DNA of 64,000 nt, taken from a virus. Under the pieces are notes generated by a model, which saw nothing but the letters and a program-made list of their open reading frames with translations, was not told where the DNA came from and did not search any database. The stretch is from IMG/VR virus record IMGVR_UViG_3300009481_000012, positions 6,075-70,074 of that record. One strand, written 5' to 3'. Positions 40,143 to 49,654 of this stretch are shown piece after piece; within the stretch, counting starts at the first letter, position 1; every line of letters begins with the position of its first letter. A program made the translations under genes and the position numbers.

Positions 40143-41455
40143 TATTCAATTATCCTGTATAAATCTAGAACTCTTTTAATGTGGGGTGGGAAGTTTGCTG
40201 TAAGAGCGGGCCTATTGACTGATTCACCTGCTAGAGAAAATCCAGCCCGGTCTTGCTCTTCTTTATGAAGTAATTTAATATAATCTAGAGTAGCTAGTTT
40301 TAAATCAAAAGGAATTTCTCCGCTCTCATACCCCGCCCGATAATTAACCTTAATTGCTTGAGGAAAGTTCTGAAAAGTACTCGGCCCATGTAAGCTTAAC
40401 TTTTGGTAACCAGCGCCAGAACCTACGTTCCTACTAACTTCTCCTATGTCCTTTTTAAAAATAAATTGAGCGTCAGATGCGTGTGAATCACTTACAGTGA
40501 CGTCTGCATTTGCTCCTTCAAAGTGAAGTAACAAAACAGTGTCATCATCTGTTAAGTGTTGATACTCAGGGGCGGTAAACGCTCCAGAATAGTGAGATGA
40601 TTTAGAAATTCTTAACTCATCCATATATCCTGTAAAATGTGCAGGAGTTGTATTACCTGATTTTGCAATAAGTAAGTCGCCACTAAAGTTTGGAGCATCT
40701 ACAGTTTTTGCTACTGTAACTGTACTACCTATTTGTGTGCCATTCCTAAATAGTTTAAGAGAAGTTCCACTTTTACTTACTGCTAAGTGATTAAAAGTAT
40801 TAGCTGTATAACCGCTAGTAGCAGCGTGTGCAACATTCATAACTTCAGTTCCTGCATCTACTACTCTAAACTGTAGCCCTTCTACAGCATTATATCTAAA
40901 TTGCCAAAAATCATTAGCATCTTGATATTGTTCCACTAAAACTTGTGAAGCACTAAAACTAGCAAATCTAGCTTGTACATCAATAGTAAAATCGTCTGTA
41001 TCAAACCACCAATCGTCCCCATTAGAGGTTGTTATAAAATCACCATCTCCATCAAAGTATACTGAAGATTGTCCAAATTTTTTAATTCTTGTAGTTAAAT
41101 GAGTGTCCCCAGAAACGTCCATAGTATGATTATCTGTATCTAAATTAACCATAGTTCCTCCAGAAGCTGGAGGGTCTAAACTCTCATAACGAGTTCCGTC
41201 ATATTCAAAAACAGAATACACATTTGCTAAAGGGAGTCGAGAAGTAAAAACCGAACTGAAGCCACCATCAAAAGTTTCTTGATAGTTATTAGCTAATACT
41301 TCCCTACCTATGTAGTGCTCTACAACTCCACATGCGTAGTTAGTAGCATTTGCTAATCTACCATCATGAGTATCACTATTAATACTTAGATAATCTTTTA
41401 CATCTGCTAGAGCAATATATGGATATTTTCCTAAATTACTTTCAGTGATAGCCAC
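40142..41455 (-). CDS. Head-tail connector (head completion) with inserted LamG/ConA domain
   Basis: LADVKDYL...VEHYIGR and YRAGY..IPFDLKLA...RVLDLYR flanking KFGQSSVYFDGDGD...GYMDELRIS. Confidence 0.8.
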   Translation of the reverse strand: MAITESNLGKYPYIALADVKDYLSINSDTHDGRLANATNYACGVVEHYIGREVLANNYQETFDGGFSSVFTSRLPLANVYSVFEYDGTRYESLDPPASGGTMVNLDTDNHTMDVSGDTHLTTRIKKFGQSSVYFDGDGDFITTSNGDDWWFDTDDFTIDVQARFASFSASQVLVEQYQDANDFWQFRYNAVEGLQFRVVDAGTEVMNVAHAATSGYTANTFNHLAVSKSGTSLKLFRNGTQIGSTVTVAKTVDAPNFSGDLLIAKSGNTTPAHFTGYMDELRISKSSHYSGAFTAPEYQHLTDDDTVLLLHFEGANADVTVSDSHASDAQFIFKKDIGEVSRNVGSGAGYQKLSLHGPSTFQNFPQAIKVNYRAGYESGEIPFDLKLATLDYIKLLHKEEQDRAGFSLAGESVNRPALTANFPPHIKRVLDLYRIIE

Positions 41456-41472
41456 ACTACTTCCCCTTTATA

Positions 41473-41811
41473 TTATTTTTTCCAGAATGATTTTTTTGCG
41501 GGAGCAGGGTCTTCTTCTACTTCCTCATCTTCATCATCATCTTCATCGTCTTCGTACTCGTCTTCATCCTCTTCGTCGTCGTACTCGTCTTCATCTTCTT
41601 CTTCTTCTGCAATTTCACGCTCTGCGTCAACACCGAACTCTTCTTCGACAACTTCTTCTGGAGCGTCTTTAGCCCAGTCTGCGACAAAGTCGTCTAACTG
41701 TGCTAGTCCATACCCATGTTTCATGGCCCAATTCTTTACTTCTTCTTCTGTTTTAAAACCTTCTGCTTTGGCTTTCTCAACATCAGAAGCGACATCTGCA
41801 TAATTTGTCAT
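41473..41811 (-). CDS. Highly acidic small protein
   Basis: Long D/E run; AAAGGAG RBS; directly downstream of the capsid gene. Confidence 0.8.
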   Translation of the reverse strand: MTNYADVASDVEKAKAEGFKTEEEVKNWAMKHGYGLAQLDDFVADWAKDAPEEVVEEEFGVDAEREIAEEEEDEDEYDDEEDEDEYEDDEDDDEDEEVEEDPAPAKKSFWKK

Positions 41812-41833
41812 TTATCTTCTCCTTTTTACTAAT

Positions 41834-41866
41834 AAGGGGAGGCAGATAAGAAACCTACCTCCCCTT
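41834..41866 (-). terminator. Hairpin after the major capsid gene
   Basis: AAGGGGAGG...CCTCCCCTT inverted repeat; weak U tract. Confidence 0.6.
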
Positions 41867-41898
41867 GGGTTAGTCAACTATGTAAAGCTAATTAGTTA

Positions 41899-43296
41899 TT
41901 AACCAGCTTCAATTAACGATGCATATGCAAAGTTTGTTGCGTCAAGAGCCGCACTGCCATTAGAGCTAAGTGCTTTGAAATCAAAGCGGGTGCTCATATA
42001 CATTGCAGTGACCTGCTGACGAGGTTCGTACTCGCTCTCAATTTCCATGCCACGGCGTTCAGCAATAATGAACCCTGGCTTGTAAACGAGAACACCGAGT
42101 TCGTTACCTGTGCTACCAACATTATCCATGAACTCAGAGATAACAATCGGAATACCATAGATGGCACCAACTGCACCTGTGAGATAAGTAGCATTAGGAC
42201 CGAACTTATCGACCGTGCGGAAGTCAGAGAAGCTGACCAGTTCGTTGTAGCCTTCAACAGAAGTTACATAAACTAGGTGATCACCTAACTGAAGTCCGTA
42301 TTTACCCATTTTGGCACGAGCAGAAGCGATGTCAGAGGCATCAGCCTTATCGTTTCCACCACCTGTGGTCGTTCTTAGACCAGCGATGTCATCGGCAAGA
42401 GTAGCAACACCTTTAATTACTGATCCATAGCCAGCACCTGCGGTAATTGCGTTTGTCGGGGAAGCTGTGAAGCCGGAAAGGCTCCCTGTTCCACGAAGAA
42501 TTCCTTTGTCAATGGCGCGGGCCAAACGACGTGTCGCAGCGCGACGGAGGAAATCCATAAGAGGTAGAACTGTATCCTCTTCTTCATCCTTGGCTAAGTG
42601 TGTTGTAGCCATGAACTTATGAGGGGTGAGTTCTACAGCACCGATGGTGTTCTGATTTGTGGTCGGAACATTAGTCGCATCAGCAATACCTGTGGCAAAC
42701 GTGCCAGAAGCAAACTGAGCAACATCGCCGTCAGTGTCTTCCTTTGCGACAGGAATTCTAAATGTCTTCGCATCTACTTGAATTCTGTCAAACATAGGAG
42801 CAATTACTAGTTGCTGTTCCATTTCCTCATACACATTGGATGAGAAGTTAGATAGGAACTGGTCAACTGCAGTAACAGCTTTAATTTTCTGTCCCATCTT
42901 CGTATCGAAGGGGTCAGAGCGGCCAAGGGCAGTAGCAAGCATATATGCATTTGTCATGTCCTTTGAGGAAAACTGCTCTTTACTTGTGTGAGAGGTTTCC
43001 TGATAAACCATTTTAGATTGTGAGAGGGCAGAAATCTGCTCCTCGTATTTTTTCATCTGAGCCTTAAGTTCTGCAACTTGCTCAGTTTCTGCGGGAGTAT
43101 AACTTCCCTTTTTCTCCTGGGCATCTGCCTCAGAAAGAATTGCCTCACCAGTCTTTTCAACAAGCTCGGCAACTCGCGGCTCGGAAACCGCAGCAGGTGC
43201 ACTCTTTTCTTCAACTGCGGGTGCAGTCTCGATAGGTGTATCTGTCTGGGCTTCATTTTTAACAACGATTGGATCGCCAACGTCTTGTGTCGCCAT
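41899..43296 (-). CDS. Major capsid protein from an internal start (465 aa)
   Basis: AAGGAG upstream of in-frame ATG (MATQDVGD); codon usage becomes more biased downstream. Confidence 0.75.
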   Translation of the reverse strand: MATQDVGDPIVVKNEAQTDTPIETAPAVEEKSAPAAVSEPRVAELVEKTGEAILSEADAQEKKGSYTPAETEQVAELKAQMKKYEEQISALSQSKMVYQETSHTSKEQFSSKDMTNAYMLATALGRSDPFDTKMGQKIKAVTAVDQFLSNFSSNVYEEMEQQLVIAPMFDRIQVDAKTFRIPVAKEDTDGDVAQFASGTFATGIADATNVPTTNQNTIGAVELTPHKFMATTHLAKDEEEDTVLPLMDFLRRAATRRLARAIDKGILRGTGSLSGFTASPTNAITAGAGYGSVIKGVATLADDIAGLRTTTGGGNDKADASDIASARAKMGKYGLQLGDHLVYVTSVEGYNELVSFSDFRTVDKFGPNATYLTGAVGAIYGIPIVISEFMDNVGSTGNELGVLVYKPGFIIAERRGMEIESEYEPRQQVTAMYMSTRFDFKALSSNGSAALDATNFAYASLIEAG

Positions 43297-44904
43297 TGTT
43301 TCATTCTCCTTTGAATTAATAGTTTTATGACCGTGAAGCATTAGAGCTAATTCTTTTTCCTCAACTTCACCTGACTTAATCTCGTTCAATTCCTGAATTT
43401 GATTAATCATATGATTCGCAACTTGATAATTTGTATCTGTCCATTCATCTGATGGAGTAATTTTCAAATTGATAGTCTTATTTAGTTTTTCTTGATCGTC
43501 TTCGGTATTTACCTTCGACTTCAAATCGTATAGTTCTTGTTCACTTAAAGTAACAAGATGATTAAACGTATCTTTAATTTCTACCCGATCTTTATCTGTA
43601 AACGTTTTTGTTGGAATTTCTGTTAAAGTAATATCAAACTTTGTCCCTAAATCCCAATTATTGACGACAGATAAAGTCTTGGCATCAACGTCAACACTAT
43701 TATCTAACGATTTTCCATTTAAGTCAACTTCTAAAAGTTGATAAATAGGGTTTTGGGCGGTTGCCAATTTAATGACTTTCCACCGCTTATTTTGGTATTT
43801 CACAAAATCATCATGTGTTAACCGTGATGTTTCCGTGCTGAGAAGATTAACAAAAGGAATGGGGTCGTAAGGATCAGCACTAATTGCTACATCCTCATCT
43901 TCATCTATTTCCTCTTTATCCATTTCCTCTACTTCAGAAGACGTTGACAGTGTCACCGTTGATTCTTCAGTATCAGTAATGGCCTCTTCAACAGAAACAC
44001 CAGATGTTTCATCAAGTTCATCATCAGTTTTAATATCTGTTGAATTCTCACTCATTTCTTCATCTCCTTTTCTGTTTTCCGATTCTGTTAAGAGATTCAT
44101 AGACCCATTACCCATCGCCTCAGACGGGGATAGTGGTCTTTGTTCCTCCATAACTTCGTTTTGCATTTCACTAGGTTTTACCATGAAAACCATTTCATGC
44201 GTGTGTGAAGTAGGCTTTTGGGCCTCTACTAGTTTATAATATCTAATCTCATGGAAGTGTTTTTCACCATGAGAAGTGTAAGTCGTGACTCCGTTACCAA
44301 CCTCGTCTACCTCAGTTGTGTGGTAATGTCCACCAACGTAAGCAGTAACGCCTACACTAACGTCATTCGCTTTCTTTTCTTCATTATTTTTAACGAATTG
44401 TTCTTTAAATTGTTGGTATTCTGTGTTATCTTCAAAACTTTTGCTAACACTAAACAAACTTTCTTGATTACAAGGAACACTAACAACACTAATTTCTAAT
44501 AATTCTACGTCAGTAATTCTCATTGTGTCAGAGTCTCTATCGTAATCTCCGTCCTTAACTCTAAAACCTACACTAAAACTTTTTAAGGCTCCATCTTCGA
44601 TTAAAGTTTGAACACCGTGTAATTTTTCAGCAGCCTGACTAACAGCAGCTTCTACATAAATGCCTTTTTTATCAACAGTAATATTATCTACTCGTCCAAT
44701 AGGTTTTCCGTGGTCATGTTGATAAAGTAAAACAGGATTTTTTCTATAGTTATCTACCCCTTTTGCCCAAGCAGTTGCAGGTATGATATCACCAGACCGA
44801 TCTTTATCTGTGGTGTTAGCATATCCAGCAATTTTAAGGGATCTATCTTTTTTTACGAGTCCTTTTTTTTCTAAGGGACTGTTATAATAAAATGTTTTAC
44901 TCAT
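41899..44904 (-). CDS. HK97-type prohead protease fused in frame to the major capsid protein
   Basis: IAGYANT..KDRSGD, LLYQHD..KPIG, FSVGF, LLEISVVSVPCN; C-terminal T5 pb8-like capsid. Confidence 0.92.
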   Translation of the reverse strand: MSKTFYYNSPLEKKGLVKKDRSLKIAGYANTTDKDRSGDIIPATAWAKGVDNYRKNPVLLYQHDHGKPIGRVDNITVDKKGIYVEAAVSQAAEKLHGVQTLIEDGALKSFSVGFRVKDGDYDRDSDTMRITDVELLEISVVSVPCNQESLFSVSKSFEDNTEYQQFKEQFVKNNEEKKANDVSVGVTAYVGGHYHTTEVDEVGNGVTTYTSHGEKHFHEIRYYKLVEAQKPTSHTHEMVFMVKPSEMQNEVMEEQRPLSPSEAMGNGSMNLLTESENRKGDEEMSENSTDIKTDDELDETSGVSVEEAITDTEESTVTLSTSSEVEEMDKEEIDEDEDVAISADPYDPIPFVNLLSTETSRLTHDDFVKYQNKRWKVIKLATAQNPIYQLLEVDLNGKSLDNSVDVDAKTLSVVNNWDLGTKFDITLTEIPTKTFTDKDRVEIKDTFNHLVTLSEQELYDLKSKVNTEDDQEKLNKTINLKITPSDEWTDTNYQVANHMINQIQELNEIKSGEVEEKELALMLHGHKTINSKENETMATQDVGDPIVVKNEAQTDTPIETAPAVEEKSAPAAVSEPRVAELVEKTGEAILSEADAQEKKGSYTPAETEQVAELKAQMKKYEEQISALSQSKMVYQETSHTSKEQFSSKDMTNAYMLATALGRSDPFDTKMGQKIKAVTAVDQFLSNFSSNVYEEMEQQLVIAPMFDRIQVDAKTFRIPVAKEDTDGDVAQFASGTFATGIADATNVPTTNQNTIGAVELTPHKFMATTHLAKDEEEDTVLPLMDFLRRAATRRLARAIDKGILRGTGSLSGFTASPTNAITAGAGYGSVIKGVATLADDIAGLRTTTGGGNDKADASDIASARAKMGKYGLQLGDHLVYVTSVEGYNELVSFSDFRTVDKFGPNATYLTGAVGAIYGIPIVISEFMDNVGSTGNELGVLVYKPGFIIAERRGMEIESEYEPRQQVTAMYMSTRFDFKALSSNGSAALDATNFAYASLIEAG

Positions 44905-46178
44905 TAAATTTCATCCTCTGTGGGGGCGTCCCCATTTATATCTTCCTCTGCACTGGGTCTACCTCCTTGAGTAGGGTCGGTAGCGCTACCAGTAATGTTT
45001 TGAGGAATTCTAATACTATCTGAGTCGCCTTCTTCAAGTTTTGGGAATCTTAATCCTCGTCTTGCCTCATTCGGAGTGATTATTCCCGTGTTAACCAACG
45101 TTGAATAATAAATCGCTTGAGTTCTATTATCAGGTTGTAAAGATAGTATAGCAGTTTTATCGGGTCTTATGCTAATGTTATTATTAAAGAAATGAGAAAA
45201 AGCACTACAAAATTGCTCTAAAATAGGTAATACTGTGTGGTTATAGAATAAAACCTGATTAGCTTGTATATTCGCGTTATTGCCACTTTTTAACATTACG
45301 TAAGGTACTCCAAGAGCTTTAGCCATATCTTGTTGAATTCTTTCAATAGAGTTTTCAAAATCTAATTCATTAAAATTTATTTGAGAAAACTTATCAATTT
45401 TTAGTCCACCATCTAAAATTGCAGGAGAACGAGCGCCATTAAATAAACTTGTGTAACTCTGTCTCCAAGATTCTAAAAGTCTATATTTAATTTTTTGGCT
45501 TAAAACATTGTCTGTTGTAAGAACAAAACCAGGAACAGCATTATTTTTAAAGAACTGTCTTTGAAAGTTAATCATATAATAATACAATTCGAAAAGTCTT
45601 TCTAGTGGGCGAAGCCTACTATAGCCTCTAAATATACTTTCTTCATTTTCACTCTTAACATGAATTATTTCATTAGGTAAAAACTGAATAGCCTCAGACT
45701 TTCTAGCCTTACCGTATCCAAACAAATCTGACTCGCTTTGGTTTCTTAAAAGATAATTATAGTGAGAAACGAAAGCTCTTTCATCAGGAACGATCTCCAT
45801 ATCATTAGCAGGAATTACATAAACCGCACCACCTTCTTGATCTTTATCGTAATAAAAAAAAGCGTTACCATCTAGAAAAAAATCTAGAAAAGCACGCCTA
45901 AATAATCTGACCCTATCTTCAAAAGGATTTGGTTTATTTTGTAAAAGTTTATGAACTTTCTTAGAAGGAGAACCTCCTTCAATAACAAGAGGCACCTCAA
46001 TTAAAGCATTAATAACTATATCTACAGAACGATGAACAATTTCAATCTCTCTATAAGCTTTTTCAAAGTCTACAATATTTTCAGGACTTGAAAAAGGCTC
46101 CTGAGCAGCGATAGATGGCTGAATAGGATTAAGTTTTTCTGAAAGATATTGTCTCCATGCCGGAACACCCTGTGCCAT
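44904..46178 (-). CDS. Portal protein
   Basis: EKLNPIQ, LL..KPNPF, LDGNAF, FFKNNAVPG, ALGVP, GIITPNEAR. Confidence 0.93.
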   Translation of the reverse strand: MAQGVPAWRQYLSEKLNPIQPSIAAQEPFSSPENIVDFEKAYREIEIVHRSVDIVINALIEVPLVIEGGSPSKKVHKLLQNKPNPFEDRVRLFRRAFLDFFLDGNAFFYYDKDQEGGAVYVIPANDMEIVPDERAFVSHYNYLLRNQSESDLFGYGKARKSEAIQFLPNEIIHVKSENEESIFRGYSRLRPLERLFELYYYMINFQRQFFKNNAVPGFVLTTDNVLSQKIKYRLLESWRQSYTSLFNGARSPAILDGGLKIDKFSQINFNELDFENSIERIQQDMAKALGVPYVMLKSGNNANIQANQVLFYNHTVLPILEQFCSAFSHFFNNNISIRPDKTAILSLQPDNRTQAIYYSTLVNTGIITPNEARRGLRFPKLEEGDSDSIRIPQNITGSATDPTQGGRPSAEEDINGDAPTEDEI

Positions 46179-46181
46179 TTT

Positions 46182-46547
46182 TTAATTTTTCTCCTTTTGG
46201 ATTTCAACCCATTTTTTTACTTTTGTTACCATTAGATTGTCATATCTTTGCCCAAATATATTATGTAATCTTTCGTGATGACTTTTACATAAAGTTAAAG
46301 CATTATCGTTAGATAGTTCCCAAAAATAATCTTCTTCAAATTGTTCTCTATAGACAGTTATTTCTTCTACAGTATTTATTTCTTTTATGTTATTTTTCAC
46401 ACACCAAGAATTAAATAATTCAGAAACACTATAAAGATGGTGAAACTCTAGTTTGTCCTTTGAGCCACAAATATAACAATTATCTGTTTTTTGATAACGT
46501 TTTTTCAAATAATCTCTAATATATTTTACAGGAAATCTTTTTAACAT
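46182..46547 (-). CDS. HNH endonuclease (T5 nicking-endonuclease-like)
   Basis: KYIRD, CYICG...LEFHH, TLCKSHH.RLH. Confidence 0.85.
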   Translation of the reverse strand: MLKRFPVKYIRDYLKKRYQKTDNCYICGSKDKLEFHHLYSVSELFNSWCVKNNIKEINTVEEITVYREQFEEDYFWELSNDNALTLCKSHHERLHNIFGQRYDNLMVTKVKKWVEIQKEKN

Positions 46548-46559
46548 ACCAGATAAATT

Positions 46560-47225
46560 TTACTTACTTTGTTCGTAGTGTAGCTTTTTAAAATCTTCTA
46601 TTATTTTCCACCTCATTTTAGCGTGATCAGGGTGTTTATTTAACCCAACATCTTTTTCGGGTAATAAAGTAACCTCTGTTGCAATAGTTCTGTGTTTACT
46701 TTTAAAATAGTGAGAAAAAGCTAAAGAAACTAGTAAATCGTCTCCTCTTTTTATTCTTCCCCAAGGCTTAATATAAGTATCAAATACTTTTCTTAAACTA
46801 TCATTATCTACCGCTAAACAAGACCCTACAGCATAGTCCACTTTCTTATCTACGCACCAAACATCAATTAAGTCTTCGTACTTTTTAGCGTTGTTACTAT
46901 TTTTACCATACACACTTATAAGAGATTTGGGAAATTCAGCTACATTCTTTCTTAATTTAAATAAGCAATGTTTAGTAGGTAAAATATCATCATCTAATAT
47001 GATAGAATATTTAGATTTAGATTTAGCTGCCCAATACCAACGCTCAATACACCACTTATTTTCTTTATTATTATGAAAAAGAACTTTTGATATTTCAAGA
47101 TTGTTTTTCTGTCCATTATTTACTACCACAATAGGCATAAAACCTTGAAAACGATAGACAATTCTTAAAACATTTTCTAATCTTTTATAATTTAGTATGA
47201 TTAATTGAGTGTCTCTCATAATCAT
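46560..47225 (-). CDS. GT-A glycosyltransferase-like protein
   Basis: ILNYKR, VVNNG, ILDDD (DxD), RGDDL. Confidence 0.75.
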   Translation of the reverse strand: MIMRDTQLIILNYKRLENVLRIVYRFQGFMPIVVVNNGQKNNLEISKVLFHNNKENKWCIERWYWAAKSKSKYSIILDDDILPTKHCLFKLRKNVAEFPKSLISVYGKNSNNAKKYEDLIDVWCVDKKVDYAVGSCLAVDNDSLRKVFDTYIKPWGRIKRGDDLLVSLAFSHYFKSKHRTIATEVTLLPEKDVGLNKHPDHAKMRWKIIEDFKKLHYEQSK

Positions 47226-48493
47226 GATGCAGCAAATATCCCAACAGAGCGTTTTTGGTGAGTATAAATTGCGTACCTAATAGCATCACTAGCATGAGAT
47301 GCCCAATCGTGTACAGGTTTCGGATTTTCAGTCCTAGGATTCCATTTATAACTACTTACTGAAGAGTAACAATGTGCGCATTTATTTACATCAAACTGTA
47401 TACGGTCATTCTCTACTAAAACTTGTACTGCGGCAATTCCATCATTAACTGACTTTATAGCATTTTCACAATAAATATCATAGTCGTATGCTAAATCTGC
47501 TTTAAGTTGTTGAGCAGCACTATCAATGTATATAGAGTCTATACCCCACTCATCTATTTTTTCTTGAATTTCTTCTGCAAGACTGCTGGTGGTAGTTTCG
47601 TTTGATACATACTCATCTAATAAATAAAAAGTATCTCCATCTGTCGCTATCACCACAAAAACATTTTCATCTCTGTACCCAACATCTAATCCTGCTATAA
47701 ATTCAAACCTTCTGTCTCTAGGTTGTATATTAGAAAGATCAAGTAAGTGTTTGTCTTCACTTAATTCATAAACCTGTTGTTCTGTTGTTGTCCATTCACA
47801 CTCATACTCTTGAGCAAATAACTTTCTAGTAGACGATCTTCTAGCTTCTTCTATGTCTTTTTCTTGTAAGAGATTGTTAGACCTCCAAGTATGTAAACCA
47901 CTTCCCCACTCAGGAAACTCATTATCTTCTCCTCGTAAAAAGTAAGAGTATAAATAGTTACCTTTTCCTCTTGGGGTAGATATAAACAACGCTCTAGAAT
48001 CTTCAAAAGTTGATAGCGCAGGTCTTAAGTCTCTAGTAAAATATTCATCATCATCAATAATAGCTGCCTCATCTACAATTAGTAAATTAGCTGCTCTTCC
48101 TACCAAACTATCTCTATTATTGGCACTTAGTAGCCTAAAAGTAGATCCGTTTATAAGTTTTACGACTTTATCTTTTTGATTAAACCTATCTACTTCAATC
48201 TGTAGATTTTTAATAATATCAGTAGTATAATCCCAAATAATTGAAGATAGTGAAAAATTTGGAGCAACGATCATCACTTGTTGATTAGGTTCAAGTAACT
48301 TTGCAAAAGCTAAAACAGCTGCTCCTAAGCTCTTTCCTGTTCTTCTTGCGGAAATATGAACCCAAAAACGATGCTCATCTAACCCTGTAGCCATGTCCCA
48401 TTGGCTATTATTAAAGGCTATTCCGTTGTGTTCATTAACAATAAGTTTAGTTAGTAGCCTTTCGATAGGTATTCTAAAATAACTTTCTGACAT
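47222..48493 (-). CDS. Terminase large subunit
   Basis: SARRTGKS, LLIVDEAA, FISTPRG, FAQEY, GLDVGYRD, HDWASHASDAIRY. Confidence 0.95.
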   Translation of the reverse strand: MSESYFRIPIERLLTKLIVNEHNGIAFNNSQWDMATGLDEHRFWVHISARRTGKSLGAAVLAFAKLLEPNQQVMIVAPNFSLSSIIWDYTTDIIKNLQIEVDRFNQKDKVVKLINGSTFRLLSANNRDSLVGRAANLLIVDEAAIIDDDEYFTRDLRPALSTFEDSRALFISTPRGKGNYLYSYFLRGEDNEFPEWGSGLHTWRSNNLLQEKDIEEARRSSTRKLFAQEYECEWTTTEQQVYELSEDKHLLDLSNIQPRDRRFEFIAGLDVGYRDENVFVVIATDGDTFYLLDEYVSNETTTSSLAEEIQEKIDEWGIDSIYIDSAAQQLKADLAYDYDIYCENAIKSVNDGIAAVQVLVENDRIQFDVNKCAHCYSSVSSYKWNPRTENPKPVHDWASHASDAIRYAIYTHQKRSVGIFAAS

Positions 48494-48512
48494 TTCCCCT
48501 CAAGTCTTTTCT

Positions 48513-48812
48513 CTAGCCCCACTTTATATTACTAAATGCTGCGAGTGCCGCTATAATAGCTGCTACAGTTGTTCCTACAAAAAACAAAGTCCGTAAACTT
48601 GTTTTACCTTGTGTTGCTAGTGTTTTTAATTCTAAAATTTCTTTGTGTACCGAATCAAGCTTTTCTTCATAAGAAGTAAAAGTACTTAATATATTTTCAT
48701 ATCTTTCTTCACAAACGGCTTCGTGAGTGCTCAAGTGAGTTTTAGTCTCTTGAGAACGCTCATGTAGTACGTTAATGTCTTTTTCAAAATGAGACTTCAG
48801 TTCATCGGACAT
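48513..48812 (-). CDS. Coiled-coil protein with C-terminal transmembrane segment
   Basis: HEAVCEERY motif then hydrophobic tail. Confidence 0.6.
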   Translation of the reverse strand: MSDELKSHFEKDINVLHERSQETKTHLSTHEAVCEERYENILSTFTSYEEKLDSVHKEILELKTLATQGKTSLRTLFFVGTTVAAIIAALAAFSNIKWG

Positions 48813-48824
48813 TACACTATTACC

Positions 48825-49637
48825 CTACTCTTTAATATAGAAATTTACAACAGCTGTTGGAAAAATCATATTAGGAGTAATAGCTGCGTGAGCTGCTACC
48901 GCTGTTACAGCTGTTGCCTGCGAGGAGTCTTTAGCTGATGTAGCAAACGTGGCAGTTGTTAAACTGTGTGCTGCAATCGAAGTTGATTCTGAAGCTTTTA
49001 CGGAACTTGCAGACATCGAACCAGTCATGGTTCCCAAAGTGTTGTTATTTGTACCCTTTCCGAGAAGTAATCTATCTTTTAAGTCTGGAATAGCAAAGGT
49101 GTTGTTTCCGTTTCCAGCACCAAATCCAGTACCAATAGCATTAAATAATCTCGAGTATGTTGTTCTAAGAGGTGTTGCACCATCACAAAGTAAGTAACCA
49201 TTTGGGGTGGCCGTAGCGCCGGATGCTATGATAGTTCCTGCAGGAACTAGTTCTGCTGCGACTCCTTGCACATTAGCCTGGGTTAGTCCCCCAATTGTTG
49301 TTGCAATTGTAGATACATTGGCTGTGCCTCTAATATCTAAATTGAACCCGCTAGTAGCTGAAGCATCTCCCATTATAAGATTAGCTACTCCTGTAGCACT
49401 TACTCTAATAACGGCATTTGCAGGTGTTCCAAAACTCGTTGTACTTGCTGCAGGGTTAGTATTTCCGGAAAGACCTAAGTCTCCTCCTTCAACGGGAACA
49501 AGAATTCCTCCTGCAGTACTGCCGTCGTGAATCCTGATCTGATCTAAATCAGTATCAACCGACAATTCACCTACAGCACCTGTAAAGGAGTTGTTTTGTG
49601 AAGTTGTTCCTCTTCGTAGTTGTAATTGAGTTGGCAT
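48825..49637 (-). CDS. Fibre with Mtd-like N-terminus and tail collar domain
   Basis: QLQLRRGTT...FTGAVGELSVDTD...HDGSTAGG; PAGTII...PNGYLLCDG. Confidence 0.85.
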   Translation of the reverse strand: MPTQLQLRRGTTSQNNSFTGAVGELSVDTDLDQIRIHDGSTAGGILVPVEGGDLGLSGNTNPAASTTSFGTPANAVIRVSATGVANLIMGDASATSGFNLDIRGTANVSTIATTIGGLTQANVQGVAAELVPAGTIIASGATATPNGYLLCDGATPLRTTYSRLFNAIGTGFGAGNGNNTFAIPDLKDRLLLGKGTNNNTLGTMTGSMSASSVKASESTSIAAHSLTTATFATSAKDSSQATAVTAVAAHAAITPNMIFPTAVVNFYIKE

Positions 49638-49654
49638 TTTTTAATTCTCCTTAA

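Noticed and set aside
16830-48977. Fibre tip pair as DGR template/variable repeats or an invertible cassette
   Set aside because: Differences are synonymous and not adenine-specific; no reverse transcriptase or invertase in the window.
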